Positions 1 through 3,499 of a DNA stretch of 3,499 nucleotides are shown here, piece by piece. Below the pieces are notes generated by a model. That model saw nothing but the letters and a program-made list of their open reading frames with translations. It ran no database searches and was not told the DNA's origin. Both the position numbers and the translations under genes were made by a program. Numbering within the stretch: position 1 is the first letter of the stretch; each line of letters opens with the position of its first letter. Origin of the DNA: Gemmatimonadota bacterium (GTDB lineage: Bacteria > 4572-55 > J002); assembly GCA_003697105.1 (NCBI GenBank), contig RFFQ01000125.1, positions 1 to 3,499 of the forward strand. Reading direction: 5' to 3'.

Positions 1-773
1 GGACGATATTTGGGGTCTTTAAATCCTTCGTACAGCACTTCCATAATTGCCAAACAGACATCCAAACCGATGAAATCTGCCAAGGTCAATGGTCCCATGG
101 GGTGATTCATACCGAGCTTCATCACGGTGTCAATATCTTCTTTAGAGCCTACACCTTCGTACAGCGCAAAAATGGCTTCGTTAATCATCGGCATAAGGAT
201 GCGATTTGCAATAAATCCCGGATAATCATTGGACATTGCCGGCGTTTTGCCCAGTTTTTTTGCCAGCTCATCAATGGTTTGGTAGGTCTCATCCGAAGTG
301 GCATAACCTCGAATAATTTCAACCAATTTCATCACGGGTACCGGATTCATAAAGTGCATCCCGATGACTTTATCTGGGCGAGTGGTATGTGCCGCCAACA
401 TGGTAATCGAGATGGATGACGTATTTGTCGCTAAAATCACATCATCACGGGTCAATTCAGACATTTGCGCAAAGATTTTTTGCTTTAGATCGATGTTTTC
501 GGTAGCGGCTTCAATCACCAGATCAACATCTTTGATGGCGTTCATATCCGTGGTAGTGGTGATGCGTGCCAACGCTGCCTTTTTATCATCTTCCGTGATT
601 TTTTCCTTTTTAATTTGCCGGTCCATATTTTTGCTGATGGTTGCCAGCGCTTTTTCTAACGCCACCGGATTCACATCAACACACGTTACATCATATCCGG
701 TTTGAGCAAATACGTGAACAATCCCGTTGCCCATCGTTCCGGCACCGATAACGGCTACATGTTGAATAGACAT
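1..773 (-). CDS. hbd: 3-hydroxybutyryl-CoA (3-hydroxyacyl-CoA) dehydrogenase, NAD-dependent; 3' end lies outside the window
   Basis: Manual translation from ATG at 773-771: [35 protein letters not shown]...VIEAATEN...[11 protein letters not shown]...[19 protein letters not shown]...[16 protein letters not shown]...[38 protein letters not shown]. Shows the Rossmann GxGxxG motif, NTSS, catalytic His in HFMNP (H140), PGFIxNR and HPMGP. 257 complete codons with no stop up to the edge, which explains its absence from the ORF track. AGGAGG lies 5 nt upstream. Confidence 0.96.
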   Translation of the reverse strand, partial: [257 protein letters not shown]

Positions 774-778
774 AAGTT

Positions 779-784
779 CCTCCT
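779..784 (-). promoter_or_regulatory. Shine-Dalgarno site of hbd
   Basis: Plus strand cctcct = AGGAGG on minus, followed by AACTT and then ATG at 773. Confidence 0.9.
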
Positions 785-846
785 AAATTTGAGAATAACA
801 TAATATGGGTGTTGGTGATAATTATGATCCATCGATTCATATAGGC

Positions 847-1206
847 TCAAGTTTTGACTTCATTATACCAATCAATTTCTTGATGCACCGGATATTTGCG
901 GGCATTTTTCTCAATTTTCTGATGCAAAGCCGTGGCAATATCAATGTCAAGCTGATTTGCCATAGAGAGGCAGTACGCCAGCACATCTGCCAGTTCTTCA
1001 CGGATGCGTGCCATTTGCTCTGCATCGGCTTTGACCTCTGCCGGCGTTTCAATGTGGTGCCATTGGAACAACTCCATCAATTCGGCGGCTTCAATGCTAA
1101 TTGACATCGCCAGATTTTTGGGCTGGTGGTACTGGTTCCAATCTCGTTCAGCGACGAATTGCGCGATCCAGTTTTTAATATCCGCCAAAGTGGTGTGCTT
1201 GTCCAT
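847..1206 (-). CDS. MazG-like nucleotide pyrophosphohydrolase, all-alpha NTP-PPase of the DCTPP1/RS21-C6-like type (119 aa)
   Basis: MDKHTTLADIKNWIAQFVAERDWNQYHQPKNLAMSISIEAAELMELFQW...IREELADVLAYCLSMANQLDIDIATALHQKIEKNARKYP. Contains the family signature FxxERDWxxxHxPKNL, metal-binding ExxE...ExxD, and C-terminal KxxKNxxKYP. Start moved from the track's 1311, which overlaps the thiolase 3' end, to ATG at 1206. No clear Shine-Dalgarno, so the start is less certain than the family call. Confidence 0.9.
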   Translation of the reverse strand: MDKHTTLADIKNWIAQFVAERDWNQYHQPKNLAMSISIEAAELMELFQWHHIETPAEVKADAEQMARIREELADVLAYCLSMANQLDIDIATALHQKIEKNARKYPVHQEIDWYNEVKT

Positions 1207-1217
1207 AAACCATTGTT

Positions 1218-1258
1218 CAAAGAAAAACCCTGTTTTTAGAAACATGGCATTTCGGGTT
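1218..1258 (-). terminator. Possible weak intrinsic terminator or attenuator between thiolase and the MazG-like gene
   Basis: Minus strand AACCC-GAAATGCCA-TGTTT-CTAA-AAACA-GGGTT-TTTCTTTG: outer 5-bp and inner 5-bp stems with a 9-nt bulge, then a T-rich tail. It begins 4 nt after the thiolase stop. Confidence 0.35.
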
Positions 1259-1262
1259 AAAG

Positions 1263-2450
1263 TTAATATCGTTCGACGACCATTGCGGTTGCCCCACCAC
1301 CACCAAGGCAAAGGCTGGCAACGCCACGTTTTTTGCCGTATTTGTTCATCGCATGGATCAAGGTGACTAAAATCCGCGCTCCACTGGCGCCAATCGGGTG
1401 ACCGAGTGCGACGGCACCGCCATGTACGTTCACTTTGGACGCATCCAGACCCAGTTTTTGGTTGTTGGCTAATGCGACCACCGCAAAAGCTTCGTTAATT
1501 TCGTACAAATCGATGTCATCCGTCGTTAAGTTCCCTTTTTCCAATGCCTTACGGATCGCCTTTTCCGGAGCTGTGGTAAACCAAACCGGCGCTTGGGCGG
1601 CAGAGGCATGCGAGACAATCCTCACCAGCGGTGTGATTCCCAATTCGGCGGCTTTTTCCGCCGACATAACGACCACCGCCGCCGCCCCATCATTAACACT
1701 GGGAGCATTTGCCGCGGTTACAGTACCCTCTTTTTTAAATGCCGGACGCAGTTTCGGAATTTTCTCAAAATTGGTGTTGAACGGGTCTTCATCCTTGCTA
1801 ACTACAACGGGGTCACCTTTGCGTTGGGGAACTTCCACCGGCACGATTTCGGCATCAAACCAACCTTCATTGATGGCGTGTTGGGCACGCTTGTAACTCT
1901 CGATAGCGTATTCATCTTGATCTTCCCGCGAGAAGCCACATTCACTAGCACAAACTTCCCCGGCGTTGCCCATGTGAAAATCATTGTAAACATCCCACAA
2001 GCCATCATGAATCATCAGATCATAAATTTGATCGTTGCCCATCCGGTAACCGGTGCGCGCTTTTTTCAGAAAATACGGTGCATTGCTCATGCTTTCCATC
2101 CCGCCAGCAACAATCACATCCGCATCACCGAGCGCAATAGCTTGGGCGGCGAGCATTACGGCTTTCAAACCAGAACCGCATACCTTATTCACCGTGGTAC
2201 ATTCCACTTTTTCCGGTAATCCGGCAAAAAGTGCCGCCTGACGGGCAGGAGCTTGGCCTACACCCCCTTGTAACACATTGCCCATAATGACCTCGTCCAC
2301 GATATCTGCCGCGATACCGGCTCGTTCGACCGCCGCTTTTACCGCCACAGCACCCAATTGTGTCGCGGAAAGCGATGATAACGCGCCGTTAAAGGCGCCG
2401 ATCGGCGTTCGTACGGCACTAACAATTACAACCTTACGTCCATTTGCCAT
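1263..2450 (-). CDS. atoB: Acetyl-CoA C-acetyltransferase (thiolase II type, AtoB/ThlA/MmgA-like), 395 aa
   Basis: Motifs include N-terminal [20 protein letters not shown] (nucleophile C91), [41 protein letters not shown] (H351) and SLCLGGG (C381). AGGAGG lies 10 nt upstream. The symbol is at family level; thlA/phaA would be equivalent. Confidence 0.96.
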   Translation of the reverse strand: MANGRKVVIVSAVRTPIGAFNGALSSLSATQLGAVAVKAAVERAGIAADIVDEVIMGNVLQGGVGQAPARQAALFAGLPEKVECTTVNKVCGSGLKAVMLAAQAIALGDADVIVAGGMESMSNAPYFLKKARTGYRMGNDQIYDLMIHDGLWDVYNDFHMGNAGEVCASECGFSREDQDEYAIESYKRAQHAINEGWFDAEIVPVEVPQRKGDPVVVSKDEDPFNTNFEKIPKLRPAFKKEGTVTAANAPSVNDGAAAVVVMSAEKAAELGITPLVRIVSHASAAQAPVWFTTAPEKAIRKALEKGNLTTDDIDLYEINEAFAVVALANNQKLGLDASKVNVHGGAVALGHPIGASGARILVTLIHAMNKYGKKRGVASLCLGGGGATAMVVERY

Positions 2451-2460
2451 TATTCAAAAT

Positions 2461-2466
2461 CCTCCT
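2461..2466 (-). promoter_or_regulatory. Shine-Dalgarno site of thiolase
   Basis: Plus strand cctcct = AGGAGG on minus, followed by ATTTTGAATA and then ATG at 2450. Confidence 0.85.
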
Positions 2467-2521
2467 GCTTCCAATATGAATAAAAAATAGAATCAGATCT
2501 CACGTTCTATTCTTAATCGAT

Positions 2522-2538
2522 TTGACACGGCGTGTCAA
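2522..2538. promoter_or_regulatory. Perfect 8-1-8 palindrome TTGACACG-G-CGTGTCAA, a candidate transcription-factor operator that overlaps a consensus -35 hexamer
   Basis: TTGACACG (2522-2529) is the exact reverse complement of CGTGTCAA (2531-2538). It lies 71 nt upstream of the thiolase ATG. On the minus strand TTGACA (2538-2533) is followed after 17 nt by TAAGAAT, a weak -10. Confidence 0.65.
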
Positions 2539-2687
2539 TCCCAATATTGAAAACATCCGGAAAAACTGAGAATATTCCTCTGCTCCCCCACGTGCAGAGC
2601 AACCCAGAAACCATACAAACCGCTGTAATCTTATGATAATATTGATGTTTTAGAAAATGTAATGGGGTGGCTGCGCATCTTACCTCT

Positions 2688-2728
2688 AAAATGAACGAAA
2701 CCCGAAAGATGTATTTTTCTTTCGGGTT
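2688..2728 (-). terminator. Probable intrinsic terminator downstream of the T9SS-domain gene, possibly bidirectional
   Basis: Perfect 11-bp inverted repeat AACCCGAAAGA (2699-2709) / TCTTTCGGGTT (2718-2728) with an 8-nt loop, 26 nt after the TAG at 2755. Tails are interrupted T-rich tracts: GGGTTTCGTTCATTTT on minus, GGGTTCCTTGTTTTG on plus. Confidence 0.7.
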
Positions 2729-2754
2729 CCTTGTTTTGTCGCCGTATTTTTCGT

Positions 2755-3499
2755 CTATTTGAGCAAAATCATGGATGCGGTTGCACGAAAACCAGTGTCG
2801 GTTTGCAGGCGATAGAAATAAATACCAGAACTGACCGCTTGACCGTGGTCATTCGTGCCGTTCCATTCCACCTGATGATAACCCGCATTGCGGCGACCTG
2901 TAACCAACGAGCAAATCCGTTTGCCAGCGAGGTCATACACAGCTAAATCAACGGTACTTTCCAGCGGTAAGTCAAAGCGGATTGTCGTTTGGGGGTTAAA
3001 CGGATTGGGGTACGCCGCATGAAGGACGAAATGTTGCGGTACATTCACGGCTGGGGTATATTTTACCGGTATTTCGTTAATTTGTCCGAAGCGGATGTCT
3101 CGTTTGGCGTCATTTTGGAACTGTATCAAACCTTTGGATGTCAGGGGGGTTACCCCGTAAGCTCCCACAAACCACTGATCTTCATCCAGTTGATTGACAA
3201 CCATTTGCCAATCCGCCGGAACGCCACTTGCCAGTTGGGCGTGAGGATCAACATTTGTTTCTAGCACAAATTGAAAGGCAACAATATCATCTGTAAAATC
3301 AACAAGTTGCAACTGGTTTCCGGTCACCCACACCCCGACTTCCTTCATCCTTCCGATGCCTTCATTCTTCATCCTTCCGATGCCTTCATCCTTCATCCTT
3401 CCGATGCCTTCATCCTTCATCCTTCCGCCTTCATCCCTCATCCTTCCGCCTTCATCCTTCATCCTTCCGCCTTCATCCTTCATCCTTCCGCCTTCATCC
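2755..3499 (-). CDS. C-terminal part of a probably secreted protein: repeat linker, about 100-aa beta-rich (possibly cohesin-like) domain, and T9SS type-A sorting/FlgD-Ig-like C-terminal domain; 5' end probably outside the window
   Basis: C-terminus PQHFVLHAAYPNPFNPQTTIRFDLPLESTVDLAVYDLAGKRICSLVTGRRNAGYHQVEWNGTNDHGQAVSSGIYFYRLQTDTGFRATASMILLK (about 3040-2758) matches the YPNP / YDxxG / WxGxxxxG / SGxYFYRL pattern. The frame stays open past the track's Met at 3483 (GAT GAA GGC GGA AGG, 3498-3484), so that Met is probably only a repeat-encoded residue. No signal peptide is visible in the window. Confidence 0.88.
   Translation of the reverse strand, partial: DEGGRMKDEGGRMKDEGGRMRDEGGRMKDEGIGRMKDEGIGRMKNEGIGRMKEVGVWVTGNQLQLVDFTDDIVAFQFVLETNVDPHAQLASGVPADWQMVVNQLDEDQWFVGAYGVTPLTSKGLIQFQNDAKRDIRFGQINEIPVKYTPAVNVPQHFVLHAAYPNPFNPQTTIRFDLPLESTVDLAVYDLAGKRICSLVTGRRNAGYHQVEWNGTNDHGQAVSSGIYFYRLQTDTGFRATASMILLK
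3344..3499. repeat. Hierarchical tandem repeat built on the heptamer TTCATCC (GGATGAA on minus), with 21-nt and 24-nt higher-order periods; runs to the window edge
   Basis: Parsed into 21 units: 14 of TTCATCC type (variants TTCATTC at 3361 and CTCATCC at 3437), 4 TTCCGCC (3423, 3444, 3465, 3486) and 3 ten-mers TTCCGATGCC (3351, 3375, 3399). The order is strictly two canonical units then one variant. It encodes MKDEGGR and MKDEGIGR repeats. Confidence 0.97.

Noticed and set aside
102-705. Plus-strand ORFs 102-419 and 364-705
   Set aside because: They are antisense shadows of hbd, with no recognisable motifs or ribosome-binding site.
785-846. AT-rich spacer before hbd with short palindromes (CATAATATG, ATAATTAT) as an internal promoter or operator
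   Set aside because: The arms are only 4 bp in AT-rich DNA and no convincing -35/-10 pair is present.
1207-1311. N-terminal extension MPWWWWG... of the MazG-like ORF, with a Trp run resembling a leader peptide
   Set aside because: It starts at a TTG inside the thiolase gene. The Trp run is the out-of-frame reading of the thiolase GGT-GGT-GGT-GGG glycine codons (CLGGGG).
805-1366. ORFs 805-1104 (+), 837-1052 (-) and 1004-1366 (+)
   Set aside because: They overlap the well-supported MazG-like CDS in antisense or alternative frames and have no family features.
1683-1715. Thiolase loop reads NAPSVNDG rather than the common NASGxNDG (Pro250)
   Set aside because: A Pro at this position also occurs, as I recall, in other thiolases such as Bacillus MmgA-type NAPGVNDG. 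All catalytic residues (C91, NEAF, H351, C381) are intact, so there is no evidence of altered function.
1435-2490. ORFs 1435-1896, 1593-2219, 2053-2241, 2278-2490 (+) and 1802-2008 (-)
   Set aside because: They are shadow or alternative-frame ORFs within the thiolase gene.
2731-3264. Plus-strand ORFs 2731-2946 and 2989-3264; the latter contains RMKDE, similar to the repeat peptide
   Set aside because: They are antisense to the T9SS-domain CDS. The ATGAAGGACGAA at 3019-3030 is the complement of the FVLH codons, a single short match best explained by chance.
3481-3483. Track start Met at 3483 as the true start of the 242-aa ORF
   Set aside because: The frame is open to the window edge, the Met is part of the repeat, and there is no signal peptide. 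The window may also end at an assembly break inside the repeat, so the real start cannot be assigned.
3344-3499. Repeat tract considered as a CRISPR array, DGR template/variable repeat, or retron-type array
   Set aside because: The units are directly adjacent with no unique spacers, there is no adenine-specific divergent repeat pair, and no cas or reverse transcriptase gene is present in the window.

Overview
Bacterial window with four genes, all on the minus strand. In transcription order: (1) the 3' part of a probably secreted protein ending in a T9SS type-A sorting/FlgD-Ig-like C-terminal domain (YPNPFNP...SGIYFYRL), open at the right edge and carrying an in-frame heptamer-derived tandem repeat (MKDEGGR/MKDEGIGR), followed by an 11-bp hairpin; (2) after about 300 bp of intergenic DNA containing a perfect 17-bp operator-like palindrome, a thiolase (acetyl-CoA acetyltransferase); (3) a small MazG-like/DCTPP1-type nucleotide pyrophosphohydrolase; (4) 3-hydroxybutyryl-CoA dehydrogenase, which runs off the left edge and is missing from the ORF track. 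The style of the C-terminal domain suggests an FCB-group organism such as Calditrichota, KSB1, Marinisomatota or Ignavibacteria (inference). The most unusual structure is the GGATGAA heptamer array: every third unit is a variant that removes the TGA from the coding frame only, so gain or loss of one heptamer would truncate the protein before its sorting domain.
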